A DNA stretch of 61,889 nucleotides, filler included, from a bacterium (GCA_043817485.1; 8 parts of 8 records of this genome joined end to end with filler, not necessarily neighbours in it), one strand, 5' to 3'; positions 1 through 10,953 are shown, counted from the whole stretch's first letter. The notes: generated by a model from the letters alone, not told the origin. A program made the numbers and translations.

Positions 1-1111
1 TTTGAGTTCGCAATCTATCAAATTGATAAAGCCTCGCAAGGGTGTCTTTTGTGTATGTTCCCCACCATTTAAGGATTGAAAAAAGCGGCTTACAAACCTT
101 ACCGTGCTTTGAACAGTAATAGGTTGTTGTAATTGGTTCAATAAGCGTTGCCAGGTCTGCGTGTGTGGTTGCCCTGCAAGAACGAATGGTTCTACTCAAA
201 ATAATGCTAATGATTTTTTTTGTAGCAAGATTTTTAATCTTTTTGATTTCAGCAAACACAAATTGAATTTCGTCCCTAATATTTTGCGAATACCACTTGT
301 CAAGAAAGGTATCTGTTTTATCCTGTATTAGCTTTATATTGTATTCTTTAACGAGCTTATTGAAAATAGGTAAAAATTCTTTCTCTTTTTCTGCTCCGTA
401 TTTATCTTCGTTTATTCCTCCTCGTTGAAGGTTGTATTTGTAATCGGGAACAGGAAAATATTTGTTGTTGAAGTCATAAAGTGCTTGCAAAAGTTTTTTT
501 TCGAATTCAAGGGTATGAGAATCCACAAGAAATTCCTTGAGTGCCCTTGTTATCCGATTAATTTCGGTTTGAACATCAACAAGATCATATTTTATAACCT
601 TACAATTTCCAATTAGGGCATTAAAGGCAGAGACATCAATCCCGATAGCGTGCATATCAAGTTCACAAGATTGAACCATTGTTGTTCCGCTCCCTGAGAA
701 TGGGTCAAGAACTATATCGCCTTGTTTGAAATAAACCTGTTTCTTGAAATTATCGGTATGGCTATCCAAAAAGTATTCTACAAGTTGTGGGATGAATTTT
801 CCTTTGTATGGGTGAAGCCGATGGACATGTTTGGTGGTTTCCGCTTCTTTGTATTGGTCGAATGGCAAAGACCAGTTTAAGTCCTTGCCAAGTTGATTTT
901 TCCATGAGAGTTCTCTATGTCCATTGTAGAATTTATAGTAGTTGATTAATTCTTGTTTAGAAACTTGTGTTGTTCCATTATCGCCAATTTTCTTTATTCG
1001 TCCATATTGAATAAGGTAAGATATATTAGAGGTTGTAACGGTTTTTCTTAAATATTCTGTAGCCCAAACACTTGCTTCTTTTATAGTGAATAATGTATTT
1101 GTTTCAATCAT
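1..1111 (-). CDS. Site-specific DNA methyltransferase (N4-C/N6-A class), 3' end beyond window start; absent from the ORF track
   Basis: Open frame from ATG at 1111 (MIETNTLFTIKEAS...) with HRLHPYKGKFIPQLVEYFL and SAM-binding motif DIVLDPFSGSGTT; visibly more G+C-rich than neighbours. Confidence 0.85.
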   Translation of the reverse strand, partial: MIETNTLFTIKEASVWATEYLRKTVTTSNISYLIQYGRIKKIGDNGTTQVSKQELINYYKFYNGHRELSWKNQLGKDLNWSLPFDQYKEAETTKHVHRLHPYKGKFIPQLVEYFLDSHTDNFKKQVYFKQGDIVLDPFSGSGTTMVQSCELDMHAIGIDVSAFNALIGNCKVIKYDLVDVQTEINRITRALKEFLVDSHTLEFEKKLLQALYDFNNKYFPVPDYKYNLQRGGINEDKYGAEKEKEFLPIFNKLVKEYNIKLIQDKTDTFLDKWYSQNIRDEIQFVFAEIKKIKNLATKKIISIILSRTIRSCRATTHADLATLIEPITTTYYCSKHGKVCKPLFSILKWWGTYTKDTLARLYQFDRLRTQ

Positions 1112-1198
1112 TATTCTACCTTTGTTTTATAAAACATATTACCATTTTTGTGATTAAAAATGTTATCGTCTATTATGATGTTATTCAAACATCAATTA

Positions 1199-1984
1199 TT
1201 AATTAATATTTATTGAAATACTGCTCCACCCAGATTTAATTTTATGAGGATAATATTTTTTCCCAAATTCTAATGCTTTTTTATATATTTTGGAAATTTC
1301 GTTTTTTTCCATATTTTTAGGATCATAATAAATATCACTTCCAATATCTTCTATTACATATTTTCTAAATAATTCTTCAAGAGTATCTTGTAAAAGCCCT
1401 TTTATTTCTGTAACTCTTACATCATATCCTTTTTCTCGAAGTTGTTCTTTTAATAACTTATTTACATGTCCAGTACATATTTCAATTCTATATTGTTCAA
1501 AAGAAGCATGAAATTCATCAAGAATTTCTATTGCTAAACTTGCATATTTTTCTAAATAAAGTTTTGTTTGAAAATGTTCTTGAAAATATTCTACTGTTAC
1601 TACTTTTGTTTTAATTTGTTCCCCATCTGAAACACCAACCATTACTCCACATAAAGGAAATCCCCAGCCTGCATCATCAATTTGAAGTACTTTAAGAGAA
1701 GGTGGAATAAAACTTTCGTAATCTTCTTTTACTAAATTTTCCAAGATATGTGTATCAACACATACTATACTATAACCTTGTTTTTTCTGATTATACATAT
1801 ATATTTTAACATTCCATTTAGGAGTAATTCCTTTTTCTTCTATTCCTCTAAAAGAAGCTAATAAACAAGAATTATTTTCATATCTTTTTTCTATAAAACC
1901 TTTTTGTGAAGCACTATAAAGTTTTGTTAGAATAAAATTAGCTTCTTTGTGGAAAAAATTTTTTTTCGTAAAATCTATGTTCAT
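1199..1984 (-). CDS. Hypothetical protein with divergent RNase HII/HIII-like fold
   Basis: LQIDDAGWGFPLCGVMVG resembles the RNase HII motif GxDEAGRGPxxGPxV; about 95-aa N-terminal extension. Confidence 0.5.
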   Translation of the reverse strand: MNIDFTKKNFFHKEANFILTKLYSASQKGFIEKRYENNSCLLASFRGIEEKGITPKWNVKIYMYNQKKQGYSIVCVDTHILENLVKEDYESFIPPSLKVLQIDDAGWGFPLCGVMVGVSDGEQIKTKVVTVEYFQEHFQTKLYLEKYASLAIEILDEFHASFEQYRIEICTGHVNKLLKEQLREKGYDVRVTEIKGLLQDTLEELFRKYVIEDIGSDIYYDPKNMEKNEISKIYKKALEFGKKYYPHKIKSGWSSISININ

Positions 1985-1988
1985 AATT

Positions 1989-2771
1989 TTATAACTTCAT
2001 TTCTTTAATTACTTGGCTTAATTTTTCTACAGATTCTTCTAATTCGCCTTTAATAATAATACCTTCAGATTTTATAGCTGGAGTAAAAATTTTTACTACA
2101 CGAGTTGGAGATCCAGAAAGTCCTATTTTTTTTTCATCTATTTCTAAATCTTGTTTTTTCCAATTATGAATAAAACATTGTTTTGATTTTATTTTTCCTT
2201 TTAAAGATGGTAATCTTGGTTCATTTATTTCTTTAACTACTGTAATTAATCCGGGTAAATTTATTTCAATTACTTCATATCCTTCTTCCATCATTCTTTC
2301 TAATTTTATTTTACCATTTTCAATTTTTTCAATTTTTTTAACATAAGCAACAAAAGGAATATTTAATATTTGGGCAATTCCAGGACCTACTTGTGCTGTA
2401 TCTCCATCTATTGCTTGTTTTCCACAAATTATTAAATCAAATTCCTTAATTTTTTTAATTCCACAAGATAAAATATAAGAAGTTGCTAAAGTATCAGAAC
2501 CAGCAAATGCACGATCACTTATAAGAATTGCTTCATCAATTCCAAGAGAAATTGCTTCTCTTAAAGCACTTTCTGCTTGAGGCGGTCCCATACTAATTAC
2601 TGTAATTTTTCCTCCAAATTTTTCTCTAATTCTTATTGCTTCCTCTAAAGCATACATATCAAAAGGATTGATAATACTTTCTACGCCTTCTCTAATTAAA
2701 GTATTAGTTTTTGGATCAATTTTAACTTGTGTAGTTTGTGGAACTTGTTTAATACAAACAATAATATTCAT
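1989..2771 (-). CDS. etfB: Electron transfer flavoprotein beta subunit
   Basis: MNIIVCIKQVP, INPFDMYALEEA, GKQAIDGDTAQVGP, EPRLPSL motifs. Confidence 0.95.
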   Translation of the reverse strand: MNIIVCIKQVPQTTQVKIDPKTNTLIREGVESIINPFDMYALEEAIRIREKFGGKITVISMGPPQAESALREAISLGIDEAILISDRAFAGSDTLATSYILSCGIKKIKEFDLIICGKQAIDGDTAQVGPGIAQILNIPFVAYVKKIEKIENGKIKLERMMEEGYEVIEINLPGLITVVKEINEPRLPSLKGKIKSKQCFIHNWKKQDLEIDEKKIGLSGSPTRVVKIFTPAIKSEGIIIKGELEESVEKLSQVIKEMKL

Positions 2772-3695
2772 TAAAACTCCTTTTTGTGAAAAAGGTTAAT
2801 TATTTCATTATCCTTTTTAGGATATTTTTGTCTTTTTTTAATTGCTTTGAAAATTAAAATTAAAGCTTTGAAAAATCCTTTAATATAAATTTTATCGCCT
2901 TTAATAAAATCTTTCATTAATAAAAAAATTAACCAAATAAAATGCTTTATAAGAAATTTTTTATCTAAATTTTTCCAATGAAAAAGAAATAAATTTTTTC
3001 TTTTTATTATTTTATTTTTATAAGCAGAAGTTACTTTATTTGTAGTCCCCATATATTGGTGATAAACAATACTTTCTGGTTCATAAAAAATTTTCCACCC
3101 AGTTTTCCAAGCTCTATAAGAAATATCAAGATCTTCTACATAATAAGGACTATAAATTTCATCAAATCCATTTAATTTCAAAAATTTTTCTTTATGATAA
3201 CAAGTAGATCCTCCACAAGCATAAAAAACTAATTTAGAATTTTTTTTTTCTTGTAAAAATTCAAGCCATCGAAGACAAAGTTCTCCTCTATGATAAACTA
3301 CAGAAGTTATAGATTCATTTTTACAATCATCACCTTTTAAAATTTTTGAAACTACAGCAAAAACATTATCATCTTTAAAATGCTTTAACAAAGGATCAAT
3401 AAAATTTTTATCTACTTTTATATCATTATTTAAACAAATTACATATGGAAATTTACTTTGTTTTATTCCCGTATTACAAGCTTTAATAAATCCTTGATTT
3501 TTTTCAAGTTTTATTATTTTAATTTCTGGGTAATTTTTTTTTTAAAAATTCTATACTATTATCAGAACTTCCATCATCTACAACAATTATTTCGTCTTGA
3601 TTTTTTCTTTGTTTAATGGCTTCTTTAACAGAAGGTAAATATTTTTCTAATAAATTAGATCCATTATAATTAGGAATAATAATACTTACAAACAA
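2771..3695 (-). pseudogene. Family 2 glycosyltransferase, frameshifted by one extra A in an A10 tract (3534-3543); may be a sequencing error
   Basis: TTG start at 3695 with GAGG RBS gives MFVSIIIPNYNG...IIVVDDGSSDNS, which joins the downstream frame (LNNDIKVD...EDLDISYRAW) only if one A is removed. Confidence 0.8.
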
Positions 3696-3874
3696 TATTT
3701 AACCTCTTTTTTGAAATTTTTTTTAAAATATATATGGTAAAATAATATTTTTTTTTAATATAAGTCAATTTAAAAAATAAAAAAATTGATAATTATTTAA
3801 TAATATTGAAAATAATTGACTTCTTTATATTTTATTATAAATATTTTTAAAAGTAGTTTTTTTATATTTTTTAA

Positions 3875-4006
3875 TACTAAAATTGCATTTAAAATAATTA
3901 CAAGGTGACATAGAATACAAAATTCAGAATATAGAATAGATGTAGGTTTTTTCATTCTGACTACTGTATTCTATTTAAACAGTGAGCATTTGAATGCGAC
4001 TTGGTA
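3875..4006 (+). mobile_element. TA-bounded MITE (family M1), copy carrying heptamer-repeat cargo
   Basis: Ends TACTAAAATTGCATTTAAA...TTTGAATGCGACTTGGTA match the ends of 12787-12962. Confidence 0.75.
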
Positions 4007-4027
4007 TAAAAATAATTATCAAATAAT

Positions 4028-5242
4028 ATGGGTGATAAAATGAAGCTTCCAAATAAACATGGATATTTTGGATTTTTTGGTGGAAAATTTGTTCCAGAAA
4101 CATTAATGTTTTCACTTGATGAATTAGAAAAAACATATTTAAAATTAAAAAAAGATCCAGAATTTAAAAAAAATATTGATTGTTATTTTAAAGATTATGC
4201 TGGTCGTCCAACTCCTTTATATTTTGCAAAAAGATTAACTCAAAATTTAAAAGGAGCAAAAATATATTTAAAAAGAGAAGATCTTTGTCATACTGGTGCC
4301 CATAAAATAAATAATACTATAGGGCAAGCTTTATTGGCTTTACATATGGGGAAAAAAAGAATAATTGCTGAAACTGGGGCTGGACAACATGGAGTAGCCA
4401 CAGCTACTGTATGTGCAATGTTAAATTTAAAATGTATTATTTATATGGGTGAAGAAGATATACAAAGACAATCTTTAAATGTTTTTAAAATGCAATTATT
4501 GGGCGCAGAAGTTATTTCTGTAAAAACAGGAACTAAAACTTTAAAAGATGCAATTAATGAAGCAATTAGAGATTGGGTTACAAATATAAAAACAACGCAT
4601 TATATTATTGGTTCAACAGTAGGACCACATCCGTATCCTATGATAGTCAGGGATTTTCAATCAGTAATTGGAAAAGAAGCAAAAAAGCAAATTTTAAAAA
4701 AAGAAGGAAAATTGCCAAATTATTTGATTGCTTGTGTAGGTGGAGGAAGTAATTCTTTAGGATTTTTTCATCCTTTTTATGATCAAAAAGAAGTGAAATT
4801 TATTGGAGTAGAAGCTGGAGGTAAAGGAATAAAAACAGATTACCATTCTGCAACTTTAAATAAAGGAAGTATTGGAATTTTACATGGAAGCAAAAGTTAT
4901 ATTCTTCAAACTAAAGATGGTCAAATATTACCTACACATTCTATTTCTGCTGGATTAGATTATCCAGGTGTAGGTCCAGAACATAGCTTTTATAAAGATT
5001 CAAAAAGAGCAGAATATGTTTCTATACAAGATACAGAAGCTCTTAATGCTTTTCAAATTTTAACAAAACAAGAAGGTATTATTCCCGCATTAGAAAGTAG
5101 TCATGCCATTGCTTATGCTTTAAAATTAGCACCTACTCTTTCTCAAGACAAAATAATTATTGTTAATTTATCTGGTAGAGGCGATAAAGATATAGACATA
5201 GTTCAAAAATATTTTAATATACCAAGTCAAATTCAAAAGTAA
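4028..5242 (+). CDS. trpB: Tryptophan synthase beta subunit
   Basis: [16 protein letters not shown] (PLP lysine), [33 protein letters not shown]. Confidence 0.97.
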   Translation: MGDKMKLPNKHGYFGFFGGKFVPETLMFSLDELEKTYLKLKKDPEFKKNIDCYFKDYAGRPTPLYFAKRLTQNLKGAKIYLKREDLCHTGAHKINNTIGQALLALHMGKKRIIAETGAGQHGVATATVCAMLNLKCIIYMGEEDIQRQSLNVFKMQLLGAEVISVKTGTKTLKDAINEAIRDWVTNIKTTHYIIGSTVGPHPYPMIVRDFQSVIGKEAKKQILKKEGKLPNYLIACVGGGSNSLGFFHPFYDQKEVKFIGVEAGGKGIKTDYHSATLNKGSIGILHGSKSYILQTKDGQILPTHSISAGLDYPGVGPEHSFYKDSKRAEYVSIQDTEALNAFQILTKQEGIIPALESSHAIAYALKLAPTLSQDKIIIVNLSGRGDKDIDIVQKYFNIPSQIQK

Positions 5243-5397
5243 AATAATTCTCAATTCAAAATCATTTTTATCCCAAAATAAATGTAAATTACAAAGCGTA
5301 AAATAATAGAATTCAGTTTTATATTTTCTATATTTTCATCTTTTCTATTCTTTGGAATTCTGTATTTATAATTTTTTTCTTCCTTCATTTTTAATTC

Positions 5398-5497
5398 ATA
5401 ATTGTTAATTTTTAATTGTATTTCTAGATCTCTCCATTCTGTCGAGATGACAATAGTTCATTTTTACAACATAGACGCGAAACTAAAATTATTTCCT
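5398..5497 (-). repeat. About 95-bp dispersed repeat containing a TGTCATCTCGAC..GAGAGATCT REP unit (family R3)
   Basis: Reverse complement aligns closely with 12568-12660. Confidence 0.75.
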
Positions 5498-5592
5498 CTG
5501 GTGAAGTAAATAATTTTAGTTTAAAAAAGATAGAATTCAAAATTTTATTCTGAATTCTATCTTTAGTATATATTTTTAATTGTAAATTAATT

Positions 5593-7350
5593 TTAAACTT
5601 CAGAAATTAAAAGATTTGTTTGTGATTTAATTTGTTCTTCTATCTTATTAAATTTTTCTAATTCATTTTCATTAATATATTTTGCTTTAGCAATATCTTC
5701 TTTAACAGGCATATTAATAATTTTTTTAATAAAAACTTTATTATTTAAAGATTTTTTAGATTCTTTATAATAAAAAAGAATTAGTTTTAAAAGAAGATAT
5801 TGTTTTTTTATGGAAGTGTAAGTATCTATTTCATGGAAAGCATTTTGATGTAAAAAATCTTCTCTAATAGATTTAGCAACATTTAAAATTAATTGATCTT
5901 CTTCTCCTAATGCTTCAATTCCTACTAATTTTACAATTTCCTGAAGTTCATTTTCTATAGTTAATATTTTCATGGCTTCTTGTCTTATTTCTAACCAATC
6001 TGAAGCAATATTTTTCATTAAAAATTCTTTTATATTATCTATGTATAAAGTATAACTTTTAAGCCAACTAATAGCTGGAAAATGTCTTTCATATGCTAAT
6101 TTATCTTCTAAACTCCAAAAAACTTTTACTACTCTTAAAGTTGTTTGAACAACTGGATCTGATAGATCTCCTCCTGGGGGAGAAACTGCTCCAATAACAG
6201 ATAAAGTTCCTTCAATATAATTAGATCCAAGACAAATTACTCTTCCAGCCCTTTCATAAAATTCTGCAATTCGAGTACTTAAATAAGCTGGATAACCTTC
6301 TTCACCCGGCATTTCTTCTAATCTTCCAGATATTTCTCTCATTGCTTCTGCCCAACGAGAAGTAGAATCTGCTAAAACAGCGACACTATAACCCATATCT
6401 CTAAAATATTCAGCAATAGTTATTCCCGTATAAACAGATGCTTCTCTTGCTGCTACTGGCATATTAGAAGTATTAGCAATTAATACAGTTCTTTTAGAAA
6501 GTTTTTCTCCAGTTTTTGGATCTTCTAATTCTGGAAATTCTAAAAGAACATCTGTCATTTCATTTCCTCGTTCTCCACAACCAATATAAACAATTATTTC
6601 TGCATCACACCATTTTGCTAATTGATGCTGCGTAATAGTCTTTCCACTTCCAAAAGGACCTGGAATACAAGCAGTACCACCTTTACTAATAGGGAAAAAA
6701 GTATCTATTACTCTTTGCCCAGTAATAAGAATTTCTTGAGGTGATAATTTTTCTTTATATGGCCTTGATTGTCTTACTGGCCATTTTTGTAACATTGTAA
6801 CTTCTTTTAATCCTTGATTAGTTTTAATTGTAGATATTTTTTCTAAAACAGTAAATTCTCCTTCTAATATTTCTATTACTTCTCCATCAATCGGTGATAA
6901 AATTTTATGAACAACTATAGAATTTTCTTGAACTTTTCCTAAAACATCTCCAATTTTTACAATATCACCTTTTTTTACTATTGGGGTAAAATACCATTTT
7001 TTTTCTCTATCTAAACCAGGAATATCTATGCCTCGTTTAATAGTATCTCCAGATTGATCTCTTATAATATTTAAAGGTCTTTGAATACCATCATAAATAT
7101 TTTCAATCAATCCTGGTCCTAATTCAACACAAAGAGGTTCTCCAGTTGAAAAAACTGGTTCTCCTGGTCCTATTCCACTTGTATTTTCATAAACTTGAAT
7201 AGAAGCTTTATCTTCTCGTAATTCAATAATTTCACCTAAAAGCCGTTCTTTACTTACTTTTACAACATCATATATTTTAACACCTATCATTCCTGATGCT
7301 ATAACTAAAGGACCAGATACTTTTTCTATGACACCAATTATTTCTTCCAT
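5593..7350 (-). CDS. atpA: A/V-type ATP synthase subunit A
   Basis: GPFGSGKT Walker [32 protein letters not shown]. Confidence 0.97.
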   Translation of the reverse strand: MEEIIGVIEKVSGPLVIASGMIGVKIYDVVKVSKERLLGEIIELREDKASIQVYENTSGIGPGEPVFSTGEPLCVELGPGLIENIYDGIQRPLNIIRDQSGDTIKRGIDIPGLDREKKWYFTPIVKKGDIVKIGDVLGKVQENSIVVHKILSPIDGEVIEILEGEFTVLEKISTIKTNQGLKEVTMLQKWPVRQSRPYKEKLSPQEILITGQRVIDTFFPISKGGTACIPGPFGSGKTITQHQLAKWCDAEIIVYIGCGERGNEMTDVLLEFPELEDPKTGEKLSKRTVLIANTSNMPVAAREASVYTGITIAEYFRDMGYSVAVLADSTSRWAEAMREISGRLEEMPGEEGYPAYLSTRIAEFYERAGRVICLGSNYIEGTLSVIGAVSPPGGDLSDPVVQTTLRVVKVFWSLEDKLAYERHFPAISWLKSYTLYIDNIKEFLMKNIASDWLEIRQEAMKILTIENELQEIVKLVGIEALGEEDQLILNVAKSIREDFLHQNAFHEIDTYTSIKKQYLLLKLILFYYKESKKSLNNKVFIKKIINMPVKEDIAKAKYINENELEKFNKIEEQIKSQTNLLISEV

Positions 7351-7366
7351 AAAAAATTTCCTTTAT

Positions 7367-7475
7367 CTGTGAGTGCCAAGAATACTCCGATCTTAGACGG
7401 AGTATTCTTGGCACAATAATAATATATTTTCCTTGCAGAGAAAATACCTTGCCATTTATGGCGAGGGAGATTCAT
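7367..7475 (+). mobile_element. Two-hairpin IS200/IS605-like non-autonomous element (family P1), intergenic copy A, 109 bp
   Basis: Preceded by TTTAT, ends GATTCAT; similar to 42936-43046, 14207-14305 and 33998-34108. Confidence 0.85.
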
Positions 7476-7477
7476 TT

Positions 7478-8659
7478 TTATAACAAATATTGTTTAATTT
7501 GTTCAATACTTTTTTCTATAACTTTTTTTAATGACGAACTTTTAGTAGATTTTAATAATTCATTATACATTTTTAAAGATTCTTGATAATTTTTATAATT
7601 CTCTTCATAAATTTTGGCTATTCTATATTTTATCCTTTCTTTGAATTGACATTCAGGATAATTATTTAATATTTTTTGGCAAGTTTCAATGCACTTTTTA
7701 TAGTTATTTTTTTCATAATAATACATTGATACCCAAAATAAAGCATCATCACATAAATTACTTTGTGGAAATTGAACAATAAAATTTTCAAAATCTTTTT
7801 TAGACATTTCCAAGTCTCTTTCTGGATTTCTATAATCAAATTTTAGAAAAGCCGTAGCATAAATTATATTTTCTTTATTTTCTGAATCTTTAGTTAAATT
7901 CTCTTTACAAATTTTAAGCGATTCTTCAAATTCTAAATAATCAAACCACATTTTATCAATTTCTTTATATGTTATTAATGGAGTATATTTCATTACTTCT
8001 TGTTCTATACTTCTAAAACAAGTTCTAATATTTGATAAAGCTTTATCTTTGCCTCGTCCTGATTGGCTTTTTTGAAATACTTTAGAATAATATAAAAGTG
8101 CTTTTTCATAATCTGTATATTCTTGTTGATTAAGAATTCCAGCCCAGTATAAACCAGCCATATAAACATCATTATTCCCATACTGACCACCATAAGTCCA
8201 TGGGCTTTTTGGATATTCTTTTTCTAATTTTTCATATTCTTCTACAGCTTTTTTTAATTGATTTATATTATGATAAGACATTGCTATCCAATATTGAGCA
8301 TTAGCTTTTAAATCTGATTTAGGATAAAATTCTATAACTTTTTTAAACTCTAAAATAGCTTTATTATAATCTCTATTTATATTATTGTAATCATAATATA
8401 AATAACCTAAAGCATATTGAGCTTTATCTACATCTTTAGCATTTACATTTTCTTTAATATATTTTTGACAAAATATAATTGCTTTATTAAATTGTTTTTC
8501 TCTCCACAAATTTTCAATTTTTTCAAAACAAATTAATAATTCTGTTTGACTATTAGCACTTTGTATCTCTCCTGATTCATTTTTTACTATTTTTTGGCAT
8601 CCTAAAAATAGTACAATATTAATTATAAATAATAAAAAACTTATTTTTTTTATTATCAT
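7478..8659 (-). CDS. Tetratricopeptide-repeat lipoprotein (BamD/CpoB-like repeats)
   Basis: Lipobox LFLGC; repeated KAQYALG/NAQYWIA/DALFWVS and YPKS motifs. Confidence 0.8.
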   Translation of the reverse strand: MIIKKISFLLFIINIVLFLGCQKIVKNESGEIQSANSQTELLICFEKIENLWREKQFNKAIIFCQKYIKENVNAKDVDKAQYALGYLYYDYNNINRDYNKAILEFKKVIEFYPKSDLKANAQYWIAMSYHNINQLKKAVEEYEKLEKEYPKSPWTYGGQYGNNDVYMAGLYWAGILNQQEYTDYEKALLYYSKVFQKSQSGRGKDKALSNIRTCFRSIEQEVMKYTPLITYKEIDKMWFDYLEFEESLKICKENLTKDSENKENIIYATAFLKFDYRNPERDLEMSKKDFENFIVQFPQSNLCDDALFWVSMYYYEKNNYKKCIETCQKILNNYPECQFKERIKYRIAKIYEENYKNYQESLKMYNELLKSTKSSSLKKVIEKSIEQIKQYLL

Positions 8660-8722
8660 TATACCTCCATTATTATTTTACATTTAGTTTTTTATAAAAC
8701 TTTGATTTTTTTAAATTATATT

Positions 8723-9661
8723 TTACCACTTAAATCCAGTAAAAGTAATTCCTCTAAGAATATATTTTTGAGTAAATAGAAAATATATAAACATAGGAAT
8801 AGAAATAAGTACAGAAAGAGCCATTAATTCATTCCAGCCCAAAGAACTAATATTTCTTACTTGATTAGCAATAGCTAATGCAATAGGTTGCTTACTTTCA
8901 GATTCTAAATAAATTAATGCTGGCAAATAACTGCCCCATGTTCCCATGAAAGTAAAAATCCCTATTACAGCCAATACTGGTTTAGATAAAGGCATAACTA
9001 ATGTAAGAAATATTCTTGTTTCAGAACAACCATCAATTCGAGCTGCATTTAAAAGATCTTCTGGTAACTGATCAAAAAAACTTTTATAAAGCAATAAATT
9101 ATAAACAGATGCACAAGGCAAAATTAATGCCCAATAAGTATTAATAAAATTCAGATAAGGCAATTGAATATTTGTAAAAGGAATATTTGCAAAAGGAAAT
9201 TGTTTCATAATTAAATAAGATGGAATCATTCTAAGTTCGTTTGGAATCATCATTGTAGAAAGAAAAATTAAAAGAATAGTATTGGCAAAAGGTGGTCGTA
9301 ATTTAGATAAAGCATATGCAGCCAAAGGAACAACAGATAATTGAAGAAATATATTAATTACACAAAAAATAATGGTATTGATTAAAAATTGAAAAAAATT
9401 AAAATCTACTAATATTTTGGTATAATTACACCATTTTAATGTTTTGGGAATTAATGTTGGTGGCACTTTTCCAATTTCTGTTACAGATTGCAAAGAACCA
9501 GAAACCATCCATATTAAAGGAACTAATTGAATAAATCCTACAATGAAAACAAATAAATAAATAGAAAAATAAAGAATTTTTAAAGATGGTTTTTTAACAT
9601 CCAAATCAGTAATAAGAGTTTTAGCTCTTGTTTCTTTTTGTTTTTCAATATCTAAAGCCAT
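8723..9661 (-). CDS. Carbohydrate ABC transporter permease (MalG/UgpE-like)
   Basis: EAA loop LLNAARIDGCSETRIF; multiple TM segments. Confidence 0.92.
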   Translation of the reverse strand: MALDIEKQKETRAKTLITDLDVKKPSLKILYFSIYLFVFIVGFIQLVPLIWMVSGSLQSVTEIGKVPPTLIPKTLKWCNYTKILVDFNFFQFLINTIIFCVINIFLQLSVVPLAAYALSKLRPPFANTILLIFLSTMMIPNELRMIPSYLIMKQFPFANIPFTNIQLPYLNFINTYWALILPCASVYNLLLYKSFFDQLPEDLLNAARIDGCSETRIFLTLVMPLSKPVLAVIGIFTFMGTWGSYLPALIYLESESKQPIALAIANQVRNISSLGWNELMALSVLISIPMFIYFLFTQKYILRGITFTGFKW

Positions 9662-9664
9662 TGA

Positions 9665-10573
9665 TTATCCCTCCTGCACATTTTTTTGTTTAAAAACTTT
9701 AAGATTTAAAATAGTAAGAGATAAAGCAACAAAAAATACATAAAATCCCATTGCTGTAGCATATCCCATTTCCATATGAATAAAAGCAGTTTCCCAAATA
9801 TAATAAGTAAGTGTTTGTGAAGCTCCACAAGGACCACCACCAGTTAAAACATAAATTTCACTAAACACATGAAGATTTTTTATTGTTGCCAAAATAAATA
9901 AAGTTTTAATTAAAGGAAGCATTTCTGGTAAAGTAATAAATCGCAATTTATGCCAGATATTAGCACCATCTATTTCTGCAGCTTCATATAATTGTTCTGA
10001 AATTCCTTGTAAAGCTGCAAGATAAATTAACATTTCTCTTCCAGTTCCCATAACTATTCCCATAAAAATAATACACAACTTTACTTGATGAGGATCCATA
10101 AGCCATGATTGTGGAGATAATCCAACTAAATTTAATAAATAATTTAATAATCCAAATTCTGGATTATAAACCCATTTCCAAAAAGCAGCTATAGTAACTC
10201 CAGAACACAAAGATGGTAAATATAAAAATGCTCTCCAAAATGATTGACCTTTTCGTAATTCATTAACTAAAATAGCTAAAATAAGTGGTGGTAAAAATCC
10301 AGCAATAAGACCAACCCATGCAAAATAAAAAGTATTCCACCATGCTTTGAAAAAAATAGGATCTGATAACGCTCGTTTAAAATGAGTGAAGCCAATCCAA
10401 ATATCTTTTCCAGAAAGATAATCATATTGTTTTAATGATGTAGGTATAGATAATAATAATGGAAAAACATTGAAAAAAATAAAAGAAAGAGTGAAAGGAA
10501 GAAGGAAAAAAAAAGCAATAATGTATCTTCCTTTGAATAATTTATTAGCTTTTTGTTTTTCAAAATTGATCAT
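9665..10573 (-). CDS. Carbohydrate ABC transporter permease (MalF/UgpA-like)
   Basis: LYEAAEIDGANIWHKLRFITLP; LTGGGP. Confidence 0.92.
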   Translation of the reverse strand: MINFEKQKANKLFKGRYIIAFFFLLPFTLSFIFFNVFPLLLSIPTSLKQYDYLSGKDIWIGFTHFKRALSDPIFFKAWWNTFYFAWVGLIAGFLPPLILAILVNELRKGQSFWRAFLYLPSLCSGVTIAAFWKWVYNPEFGLLNYLLNLVGLSPQSWLMDPHQVKLCIIFMGIVMGTGREMLIYLAALQGISEQLYEAAEIDGANIWHKLRFITLPEMLPLIKTLFILATIKNLHVFSEIYVLTGGGPCGASQTLTYYIWETAFIHMEMGYATAMGFYVFFVALSLTILNLKVFKQKNVQEG

Positions 10574-10817
10574 TACTTTATTTTCTCCTCTTTTAAAAAA
10601 TATTTGTTAAAATATTTTTCATACTTTTCTAATATTTTTTTACAATTAGCATTTTTATCTAAAAGAACTTCTTGGCAGATATCACTCATTGCTATTTTAA
10701 TTCGATCAAATCCATTACAATAAGGTTCAGCTTTAGCGTTTTTCATAATATTTTCTATTCCTGGAACTGGAATTATATTTGATGGACTAATATATTTAGT
10801 AATATCTAATGTTTTAA
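10573..10817 (-). CDS. 3' fragment of probable ABC substrate-binding protein, cut by contig end
   Basis: Open frame ...NAKAEPYCNGFDRIK...EEKIK* whose TAA overlaps the permease ATG (TAATG); function inferred from context. Confidence 0.55.
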
Positions 10818-10917
10818 NNNNNNNNNNNNNNNNNNNNNNNNNNNNNNNNNNNNNNNNNNNNTTAATTAATTAANNNNNNNNNNNNNNNNNNNNNNNNNNN
10901 NNNNNNNNNNNNNNNNN
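10818..10917. other. Artificial contig linker
   Basis: N44-TTAATTAATTAA-N44, giving stops in all six frames. Confidence 0.98.
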
Positions 10918-10953
10918 AATTGATAAAATTGATAAATTTGAAATGGAGCAAAA

